From positions 108,096-172,095 of the forward strand of contig JAGVWC010000008.1 of NCBI GenBank assembly GCA_018304465.1: a DNA stretch of 64,000 nt, given 5' to 3'. Made by a program: the position numbers and the translations under genes. This document shows positions 56,648 to 64,000 of this stretch, one piece after another. The DNA comes from Candidatus Iainarchaeum sp. (lineage in GTDB: Archaea; Iainarchaeota; Iainarchaeia; Iainarchaeales; JAGVWC01). Below the pieces are notes generated by a model, which was not told where the DNA came from, did no database searches, and saw only the letters and a program-made list of their open reading frames with translations. Position 1 is the stretch's first letter, and each line of letters opens with the position of its first letter.

Positions 56648-57865
56648 ATGCCCGCAGGTCCTGTAGTGAACGGCTCTTTTTTGGTGGTTTTGGGACGCGA
56701 CGCTCCGCTTTCGCTTGCGGAACTCGTTATTCTAAACCGTGCCAATCGAACGCCATGGACCCTGCACGCCCACTGGAAAAACGCCTGCTTGCTTCTAGGT
56801 GCGCTTGACCCCTTCGAGTTGCAGGAACGCGTGGGAGGCACCGTCAAAATCGCGCACGTACTCGGTTCTCTCTCAACCCTTGATCAGGCCGCATTAGACC
56901 AACTTTTTTTACCGATCTTCTCGAATCTTGAACCCCGTTTTTACTACGGATTTTCGTTTTTTGGAAACGTTTCATCCAAAGAACAAAAATTTTTCCAAGC
57001 CTATTTCAAAACCGCCTTCAAAGAAAACCACGTCAAGGCCATGTACAAGGCCCCCAAAACCCATGGAGAACCCAACCAAAATTCGATTCACCCCAGCGAA
57101 ATCTTTTCGCGCGGGCTTCTCGACACCGGGTTTGATTTTTGTATCGCCAAAAAAAACAACACGATCTACGTGGGCCGCACCATTACCGCATCCAATGCCA
57201 AAGCCATTTCAAAACGCGACAAAGAACGCGTACTTCAAAACAAAGTCAGCGCCATATCCATCCGACTCGCGCGCATCCTCGTCAACCTCACCGGGCTTTC
57301 ACCCACCCAAACGCTTCTGGACCCGTTTTGCGGCGTTGGAACCATCCTGCAAGAAGCGCGACTGGTTGGTCTAAACGCCGTTGGCGTGGACCAAGATCCG
57401 GACGCCATCAAAGCGGCACGACAAAATCTGAAATACCTCAAAAACGGGCCCGGTCAAACCGAACTCGTGAATGCGGATGCCACTCATTTGTCGCGACACC
57501 CCCTTTCGTTTGACGGCGTGGCTACAGAGCCCACCCTCGGGCCGTACTTGACGCGGCTACCCTCCGTAAACACCGCGCGACAAACCTTGGCCGAGCTCGA
57601 AGAGATTTTTGACGGACTTTTTCGCGCGCTTTCCCACAAAATGAAAAAAGGACAACCCGTCGTCATTATTCTGCCGGAGTTTCCCACCATCGAAGGAAAG
57701 CTCCTCCGTTTTTCGGAAAAATTGTTTGAAAAACACGGGTTTGTGTCCACCAACCCGCTTTCCTTTCCCGAATACGCCCGCGTGTTTCCGTATTTGTACA
57801 CCAGTGACACCAACAAGATTCATCGTCTCATTTACCTGCTGGAAAAACGAAAGGGAATCCCCTAA
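56648..57865 (+). CDS. THUMP-domain tRNA (guanine-N2) methyltransferase (Trm11/Trm-G10-like)
   Basis: LLDPFCGVGTILQEA motif I, GVDQDPDAIKAARQN, NADATHL; N-terminal about 150 aa compatible with THUMP. Start may be 56612. Confidence 0.55.
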   Translation: MPAGPVVNGSFLVVLGRDAPLSLAELVILNRANRTPWTLHAHWKNACLLLGALDPFELQERVGGTVKIAHVLGSLSTLDQAALDQLFLPIFSNLEPRFYYGFSFFGNVSSKEQKFFQAYFKTAFKENHVKAMYKAPKTHGEPNQNSIHPSEIFSRGLLDTGFDFCIAKKNNTIYVGRTITASNAKAISKRDKERVLQNKVSAISIRLARILVNLTGLSPTQTLLDPFCGVGTILQEARLVGLNAVGVDQDPDAIKAARQNLKYLKNGPGQTELVNADATHLSRHPLSFDGVATEPTLGPYLTRLPSVNTARQTLAELEEIFDGLFRALSHKMKKGQPVVIILPEFPTIEGKLLRFSEKLFEKHGFVSTNPLSFPEYARVFPYLYTSDTNKIHRLIYLLEKRKGIP

Positions 57866-57916
57866 CCAAAACCAAAACCCTCAAAAACCCAATTCAACAC
57901 ATTCTAATGGACGACC

Positions 57917-58477
57917 ATGAAAGAAATTTCCCTGGATAAAGATACCTTCAAAGCGCTTGCCGGAGAAACCCGGGTTCAGATCCTCAAAGAACTAAACGAA
58001 CGTCGAAAAACCCAAAGCGAGCTGGCTCAAAAACTAGGCCTTAGTCCGCCGACCGTAAACGAACACATCGAACTACTCAAAAAAGCGGGGTTGGTTGAAT
58101 CCAAAGACGAAGGCCGCAAATGGAAATATTACGCTTTAACCGGAAAAGGTAAAGACCTCTTGAATCCCGGTGACAGCAAAATCATGCTCATGCTCGGGAT
58201 ATCCTCAATGGCATTGGTCGGTACTGGCATTTATCTCTTCTCCCGGTTCTTTAGTGAAAACACGTTTTCCGCCCCCCTACAAACAAATGCCACGGATGTT
58301 AGTGACAAAGTGATGGGCACCACCATGGTTCCGGTAATAGAACGCGCCACGACCGAGATTCCAGCGACGGTTTCTCGCTTGCCGGGGTTCGAATCCTATG
58401 AATTGGCCTTGTTAACAATTCTTGCGATTTGTGCAGGTTTGTTATTTGGCATCTATTGGGCACGTCGCACCAAATAA
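57917..58477 (+). CDS. ArsR-family HTH regulator with C-terminal transmembrane segments
   Basis: ALAGETRVQILKELNERRKTQSELAQKLGLSPPTVNEHIELLKKAGLV then two hydrophobic helices. Confidence 0.65.
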   Translation: MKEISLDKDTFKALAGETRVQILKELNERRKTQSELAQKLGLSPPTVNEHIELLKKAGLVESKDEGRKWKYYALTGKGKDLLNPGDSKIMLMLGISSMALVGTGIYLFSRFFSENTFSAPLQTNATDVSDKVMGTTMVPVIERATTEIPATVSRLPGFESYELALLTILAICAGLLFGIYWARRTK

Positions 58478-59090
58478 TCTTCACTTTTTAACGTTATTTT
58501 AATTTTGTGTCGACCTCCCCTAATTGGGCTTTAAACCGCGTTTACGCGAGGCTTTATTTTTTCCGTAAACATAACCGAATTTTATATATTTTATTTCTTT
58601 TTCTAATACTCTTTTTGTTTTGTAAAATCGGGTTCTTGGGCCTTTTTGAGGGTCTAACCCCTATATCTTGCGCATCTAAACATCCTAAAACGAGAAAACG
58701 GTTTGTTTTTTATCTTTTTATTTGAATTTTTGGTATTCTTTTCAAACAATTTTTGTAATATTTATTAGTTTTTCGTACCGGTGTTTTATCCCTCGTTTTA
58801 AGGGGGTTTTGGGTCGATCCGGGGCTGTTTTGTCATTGCGTTGCGTGAGTGGGTGCTTATCTGTGTTTTTTTTTCTAAAAAACTTTTAGAATATTTTTTA
58901 GTGGGGTTTTGGTTAACTGTCGCGGTATTTTTTCATTTCGGTTAAGTTATCTTCATGGCGTACCGGGTCATCGTGACCTATCGTCAATAAACGAAAAATA
59001 GCCATATACATAACTAATTTTGGCGTATTCAATGGTTTTTTCCTTCTTTGTTAACGAAAGCATTTTATCGCGGATGGAGTTAATCTCTAT

Positions 59091-60017
59091 ATGCCGACCT
59101 TGAAAATTGGTTCCCTTACTCTAGATAATCAGTTACTTCTGGCGCCGATGTTCAAAGTCACCGACCCGGCGTTTCGACTCTTATGTCGAGAACAAGGCGC
59201 CGCCCTGACGTTTACAGAAATGACTCATTCCGAGGCAATTCTTCGAAACCCTCGTGTGGCCGCCCAAGCAAGCCACACCACCCCCTCGGATCATCCGTTT
59301 GGAATTCAAGTTTCCTCCGCGCAACCCGACCGGTTAATTCAAACCATTCAACTGTTGGAAGAAAAAGCAGACCTTTTTGACATCAACTTAGGATGCCCCT
59401 CGGACCGAACCCGCGAAAGCGGAATTGGAAGCGCTTTGCTTGACCACCCCGATCGGGTTGAAGCCCTCATCCACGCCATGCGCAAAGCCACCCAAAAACC
59501 CATCACCGCCAAAATTCGCCTGCCCAGCCGTCCTCAAGACGCCCTCGATATTGCAAAACGGATCGAAAACGCCGGTGCGGATGGCCTTACCGTGCATGCC
59601 CGAACGGTTTTACAAGGCCACTCAGGCCCCGTGGATTTAGACCTCGTCGCCAAAGTCAAAGAAACGCTTTCCATTCCCGTCATTAATAATGGCGGCGTGT
59701 GGAACCAAGAAACCTATGAATACGTGCTGCACACTACCCATTGCGACGGGGTCATGCTTGCGCGCTCCGCCATTGGAAACCCGGGCATCTTTGCCCAAGT
59801 CCAAGGAAAACCCGGAATTTCACCCGTCGATGGCCTGGTCCGCTATCTTGACCATTGCGAGACCTACGGTTTTCTTCACGTGGGCCGCATCAAAACCAAC
59901 TGCCTGCATTTCCTGAGTGCAATCCCAAAAACGAAAAAGGCGGATTTTTCAAAAGCCAAAACCATCACGGAACTCAAAGCGTTGGCCGCGGAAGTAAAAG
60001 CCAACCAAACCAACTAA
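59091..60017 (+). CDS. dus: tRNA-dihydrouridine synthase
   Basis: LLLAPMFKVTDPAFRLLCREQGAALTFTEM and TIM-barrel FMN-binding pattern. Confidence 0.75.
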   Translation: MPTLKIGSLTLDNQLLLAPMFKVTDPAFRLLCREQGAALTFTEMTHSEAILRNPRVAAQASHTTPSDHPFGIQVSSAQPDRLIQTIQLLEEKADLFDINLGCPSDRTRESGIGSALLDHPDRVEALIHAMRKATQKPITAKIRLPSRPQDALDIAKRIENAGADGLTVHARTVLQGHSGPVDLDLVAKVKETLSIPVINNGGVWNQETYEYVLHTTHCDGVMLARSAIGNPGIFAQVQGKPGISPVDGLVRYLDHCETYGFLHVGRIKTNCLHFLSAIPKTKKADFSKAKTITELKALAAEVKANQTN

Positions 60018-60035
60018 TTCCTTTCGATTCATGGA

Positions 60036-62180
60036 TTGAAACATATGTGCGGAATCATCGGTGTCTTTAACGATCCCTTCGCCGGAAAAAAACTGGTGGT
60101 CGGAATGCAAACCATTCAACACCGCGGCACCGACCAGTACGGGCTGTACGCCGGAACCGTGACCTACCACGCCAAAAAACCCGTTTTTCCAGTCAAAAAA
60201 ACCCAAAACGCCATCGGGCACTGTCTACACTCCATCGTATCCTATCAAGAACAACCTTTGGTTGGAAAAGGCGCCTTGGTGGCCAACTGCGAGCTCTACA
60301 ACTGGAAAGAACTCGCCAAAAAACACAAAATTGACGCGCAAAACGACGCCGAGCTGTTGTTCAAACTCCTGGAAAAAACGCCTTCCAATCGCATGGAAAC
60401 CCTTTTGGCTGAACTAGACGGCGATTACGCCTTTGCCTATTGGAAAGAAAACAGGGTTTTTTTGTGCCGCGACCCCGTCGGCGTCAAACCCATCTGGTAT
60501 GCCCTTGAAAACAACCGCTTCGGTTTTGCCTCCGAAGCCAAAGCCCTCTACGCCATGGGATTTTCAAAACCCGTTGAACAAAACCCACGGCACCTGTTTT
60601 GCTACGACTTGATTCATCACCGGCTTGACAACCGTTCCTGGTTTGAGTTTACTTCCCCCGTTGCCTTCACGCCGGATACGGAACACACACTATTAGAATT
60701 TGAAAAAATATTTTTGAACGCAGTCAAAAAACGCATCCCAGCCAAGCCCTTCGGAATCCTATTCTCGGGCGGCATCGATTCTGTGATCATAGCCGCCGCC
60801 TGCAAACGCCTCGGCCACACCCCTGCCTTGTTTTTTGGGTGCATTTCCGACCTCGATCTTCCCGAACCCAGCGACCAAAAAGCCGCGGAAGACGCGGCCG
60901 CGGAACTCGGGTTGACGTTGGAAGTTCACTCCGTTTCGCTCTCCAAGGCCCCCGCCTTGTTTGCCCGTTTGGTTTCTCTGATTGAATCCACCGACCCCGT
61001 CAAAATCGCGGTCGCCACCGGCATCGATCTGGCCAGCCAAAAAGCGCATGAAAAAGGATGCAAAGTCGTATTTTCCGGGCTTGGCTCCGACGAACTCTTC
61101 GGCGGATACGCCCGCCAAGAAAAAAGCCCCCAAAACGCATACCTTGACAGCATTTCGTATCTACGCAAAGCATACGAAAAAGACCTTTATCGAGACGATG
61201 TCTTGACCATGCACCACCACGTCGAATTACGCGTTCCCTACTATGACCGCGAACTAATTCCGTTTGCCCTGCAACTTCCCGACACCCTCAAAATTTCCGC
61301 CCCCCATCGAAAAGTCATTCTTCGAAAACTGGCGCACCACTGGAAACTATCTCCCGCCATTGAAAACCGCCCTAAAAAAGCCGGACAATACGGAAGCAAC
61401 GCCGACAAAACCCTTGAAAAAATCGCCAAAAAAGAAAAATACCCAAGCAAATCCGCCTACCTTGCGTCGCTTGGACCCAAAACTAATATTCCGGTGGCCG
61501 CGCTCATCAGCGGCGGAAAAGATTCCTGGCTTGCCGCAACCATCCTCGCCGAACGCAACTATCCCTTGTCCTGTTTGGTAAGCCTTCAAAGCCAAAATCC
61601 CGATTCCTACATGTTTCACACGCCCAATATTTCCGCAGTCAAGCTCCAGGCTCGCGCAAGCCGCATTCCCTTAGTGGTACAGACGACTCCTGGAACCAAG
61701 GAAAAAGAACTCGACGACCTACGAGTTGCCTTGGTGAAAGCCAAAGAAAAATACGGCATCCAAGGCGTGGTCAACGGAGCCCTTTACTCTAATTATCAAC
61801 GAAGTCGTATTGAAAAAATCTGCGACGAACTTGGGCTTAAGAGCTTTTCCCCGCTTTGGCACGTCGACCAAACCCAAGAACTAGTGGAACTGTTATCTCG
61901 TTCGTTTTCCCTTGTTTTTTCCAGTATTGCCTGTCAAGGATTAACCCGTGATTGGCTTGGAAAACCCTTGGACCCCGCCAAAATAGCGGAACTTTCCAAC
62001 CTCCACAAAAAATTAGGGGTCAATGTCGCGGGAGAAGGCGGCGAATACGAAAGTCTGGTGCTGGACTGCCCTCTTTTTTCCAAAAAAATCCGGGTGGACC
62101 AGGCGACGATTACCATGCAAAACGAAAACACCGGACGATATGACATCCAAAAAGCGGTTCTTATTCCGAAAAAACATTAA
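60036..62180 (+). CDS. Three-domain fusion: class II glutamine amidotransferase + asparagine-synthetase-type PP-loop domain + Dph6/MJ0570-type diphthine-ammonia ligase domain
   Basis: MCGIIG nucleophile, CELYNW, DGDYAFAYW, RDPVGVKPIWY; FGILFSGGIDSVIIAAA and SGLGSDELFGGY; then ISGGKDS, SYMFHTPNIS, SPLWH, EGGEYESLVLDCPLF. Confidence 0.75.
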   Translation: MKHMCGIIGVFNDPFAGKKLVVGMQTIQHRGTDQYGLYAGTVTYHAKKPVFPVKKTQNAIGHCLHSIVSYQEQPLVGKGALVANCELYNWKELAKKHKIDAQNDAELLFKLLEKTPSNRMETLLAELDGDYAFAYWKENRVFLCRDPVGVKPIWYALENNRFGFASEAKALYAMGFSKPVEQNPRHLFCYDLIHHRLDNRSWFEFTSPVAFTPDTEHTLLEFEKIFLNAVKKRIPAKPFGILFSGGIDSVIIAAACKRLGHTPALFFGCISDLDLPEPSDQKAAEDAAAELGLTLEVHSVSLSKAPALFARLVSLIESTDPVKIAVATGIDLASQKAHEKGCKVVFSGLGSDELFGGYARQEKSPQNAYLDSISYLRKAYEKDLYRDDVLTMHHHVELRVPYYDRELIPFALQLPDTLKISAPHRKVILRKLAHHWKLSPAIENRPKKAGQYGSNADKTLEKIAKKEKYPSKSAYLASLGPKTNIPVAALISGGKDSWLAATILAERNYPLSCLVSLQSQNPDSYMFHTPNISAVKLQARASRIPLVVQTTPGTKEKELDDLRVALVKAKEKYGIQGVVNGALYSNYQRSRIEKICDELGLKSFSPLWHVDQTQELVELLSRSFSLVFSSIACQGLTRDWLGKPLDPAKIAELSNLHKKLGVNVAGEGGEYESLVLDCPLFSKKIRVDQATITMQNENTGRYDIQKAVLIPKKH

Positions 62181-62676
62181 TATCCGGAAACGACACCCGA
62201 TCACCGATTTTCAGCCCTCTTTCATCCGCCGCGAACGCATTGATTTCGAGTACGAACGACGCCGGTGCCGGCGAAGCAAAACTGGGGCAATGGATTTCTT
62301 CACACGGAGGAACATTTTTCGAAATTCCAACAATCTTTTTCTCGGAATTGATCCAAACGATATCCAACGGAAACCGCATGTTTTTCATCCAAAACAACCG
62401 GGCCTGATCTGGAACCGGAAACACAAACAACATCGAATGGTTGGGGGCCAAAGACGTTCGATCCATCAAACCGCGTTCCCTGGCCAAAGGGGATGCCGCT
62501 ACTTCCGCGTCAAAACAGCCTTTCGATTCAAAACACACGGGAAGTCCCTTGGGTGCGGGGGTATTTGAAACAGAAGTAACGCCAAAAGAAGTGATGGAAA
62601 CGTCAAAATAGAGGAATAAGCTCGCTACCACAATTCCGAGCACCAAGACCAAAACGGCCATCGCGGGGCGTTGCAT
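62161..62676 (-). CDS. DUF192/COG1430 family protein with signal peptide
   Basis: MKNMRFPLDIVWINSEKKIVGISKNVPPC signature. Confidence 0.6.
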   Translation of the reverse strand: MQRPAMAVLVLVLGIVVASLFLYFDVSITSFGVTSVSNTPAPKGLPVCFESKGCFDAEVAASPLARERGLMDRTSLAPNHSMLFVFPVPDQARLFWMKNMRFPLDIVWINSEKKIVGISKNVPPCEEIHCPSFASPAPASFVLEINAFAADERGLKIGDRVSFPDINVFSE

Positions 62677-62700
62677 GAAATAAGGAGAAACAAACTCGCA

Positions 62701-63015
62701 TTAAAGCTTTGACCCGGCGCGGGCCATTTCTTCAAGTGCTTTTTCAAACTGCAAGCCGCGATCCGTGATACGATATTCGATCTTGACCCGGGGACCCATG
62801 GAAATGTTTTTGGAGACCAAGCGCTTTGCTTCCAGTTCTTTTAACCGAAGCGAAAGCGTTCGTGGAGAAATGTCCGAAATCTCGCGTAAAAGATCGTTAA
62901 ACCCTTTTCCGGTGCGGGTAGACATCAAAATCGCAAGAATCTGAAAACCGAACTTTTGGCCACAGGTCTTCAAAGTAGCTTCCAAGCCCTGTAATTCGAG
63001 TTTTCCAAACGCCAT
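62701..63015 (-). CDS. HxlR-family transcriptional regulator
   Basis: CGQKFGFQILAILMSTRTGKGFNDLLREISDISPRTLSLRLKELEAKRLV. Confidence 0.7.
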   Translation of the reverse strand: MAFGKLELQGLEATLKTCGQKFGFQILAILMSTRTGKGFNDLLREISDISPRTLSLRLKELEAKRLVSKNISMGPRVKIEYRITDRGLQFEKALEEMARAGSKL

Positions 63016-63421
63016 GCAATCACTATACAAAATAACTCTAGTATACAAAGTATATTTAAACTGATGCCACTAACAAAAAAATAGCTGATGCACTTTCGAT
63101 AGTTAGTATATTTAAACAACGTGGGTTGTAGTCTATTGGGCAAAAGGAGCCCGGGTTAAGGGGAAGTAATGGATTGGATTGCGTTCGTTCGAAAAACGCC
63201 GGAAAAAGTAAGCGTTCCTCGATTCAAAGGGGTTATCGGGGGAATCTTCGGGTTTCGACAGCGTATGAACAATCAGTCAACCACGCTCGTGCAGATCGTC
63301 CGAAGATAGGTCCTCGGATACTGCCTGGTTTTAAGGGTTTTTGGGTCCGCTGCCTCAAAATGGGCCCAAAACCCAACCTTTTAAAGCCTGTCGTGAGTAC
63401 AGCCTATAAAGGACCTTACAG

Positions 63422-63631
63422 GTGAGATTTTTGCCAGAAGTACGATGCGCTTATTGCGGAACAGTCAAAGAATTCCGGGACGCGATTCACCGCGAAGAAT
63501 CCCGCGGCGATTTTCGAAAATACTACCATTTTTGCGATGCCAAGCACTTGGCGAAGTGGCAAGAAGAATTGAAACGAAAATCCGAGGAGCCGAGCCCGGA
63601 CGCCGAAAAAGAGAATACGGAAATCTTTTAG
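63422..63631 (+). CDS. Small hypothetical Cys/His-containing protein
   Basis: 69-aa ORF with CAYCG...HFC spacing; weak. Confidence 0.25.
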   Translation: MRFLPEVRCAYCGTVKEFRDAIHREESRGDFRKYYHFCDAKHLAKWQEELKRKSEEPSPDAEKENTEIF

Positions 63632-63677
63632 AAAACGAAACTATTTTTTTGAAAAATAAAAGGGATTTTTTTCCCTT

Positions 63678-63992
63678 TTACACTTTTTCAATTTTTCCAT
63701 TGCGACCCGTTGACACCTGCAACTGACCATTGTACTCCGTACACCAGCCATCGGTAATCTTGACGACGTCTCCTTCATTGAACTGGTCGCATTGTTCGTT
63801 CCACAAACTAAGCGATACTTCACCGGCTTCGTCTTTTCCGGCGCACGAGCAAACTTTTCCACTGCCTTTGTCCGTGGCAAACTTGCGCGGCTCCGCCTTG
63901 GAAACGATTTCTAACACGATCTCCGGAATCGCGGTTCTTGGTTTAAGTTCAGACGAATTCAAAACGACCCTCCAAATAACAAATCTATACAA
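63678..63992 (-). CDS. Single OB-fold nucleic-acid-binding protein (RPA/SSB-like)
   Basis: GEVSLSLWNEQCDQFNEGDVVKITDGWCTEYNGQLQVSTGRNGKIEKV typical archaeal ssDNA-binding OB fold. Confidence 0.55.
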   Translation of the reverse strand: MYRFVIWRVVLNSSELKPRTAIPEIVLEIVSKAEPRKFATDKGSGKVCSCAGKDEAGEVSLSLWNEQCDQFNEGDVVKITDGWCTEYNGQLQVSTGRNGKIEKV

Positions 63993-64000
63993 AACCGGTC

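Noticed and set aside
63100-63420. 320-bp ORF-poor region between hxlR-like gene and a small ORF
   Set aside because: No conserved RNA box (RNase P, SRP, C/D boxes) recognisable and no clean stem-loop pattern; probably just a leader/promoter region. The 83-aa ORF 63174-63425 looks spurious.
1-64000. Search for CRISPR arrays and canonical defense-system genes
   Set aside because: No regularly spaced direct repeats and no Cas, restriction-modification, toxin-antitoxin or Abi-type signatures recognised by eye.

Overview
This 64 kb window looks like a compact archaeal chromosome segment, probably from a DPANN-like lineage. The call rests on the archaeal-type r-proteins (eS19, L39e, L31e, LX), aIF6, prefoldin, TFE, GGGPS, archaeal TIM, aTrm56, Rpp21, a RadA with an N-terminal HhH domain, BRE/TATA promoters, and introns in tRNA genes. 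Coding density is about 90 percent and ORFs are lysine and glutamate rich. The left end holds the conserved archaeal operon rpl39e-rpl31e-aIF6-rplX-pfdA-ftsY. All three SRP components lie in the window: ftsY, an srp54 that carries an intein, and a recognisable SRP RNA. Four inteins interrupt three essential genes. One sits in the SRP54 P-loop. Two sit in a class II ribonucleotide reductase, one with an HNH domain and one with a LAGLIDADG domain. One sits at the RH|S active-site box of a XerA-like tyrosine recombinase. Six tRNA genes were found: Gly-TCC, initiator Met, Lys-TTT, a Lys-CTT with a short anticodon-loop intron, a Phe-GAA with an apparent 45-nt D-loop intron, and one more listed in the features. 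A free-standing LAGLIDADG homing endonuclease gene lies between the intron-containing tRNAs. The more unusual loci are listed here. (1) A GGDEF-like nucleotide-cyclase palm-domain protein. (2) A full-length RelA/SpoT homolog (RSH). (3) An AsnB-Dph6 (diphthine-ammonia ligase) fusion. (4) A NAD kinase fused to a winged helix. (5) An ssb/RPA gene translationally coupled to two paralogous basic-tailed GNAT-like proteins. (6) A secreted cysteine-rich-repeat protein next to DUF2207 and another secreted protein. (7) Decaying genes downstream of tRNAi-Met: frameshifted methyltransferases and a LigT pseudogene. That locus also has a PadR gene preceded by palindromic TTACnGTAA operator repeats. (8) An 850-bp GC-rich ORF-free region that may encode a structured RNA. 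No CRISPR array, canonical defense island or clear transposon was seen. All protein identifications come from motif recognition by eye, not from database searches.
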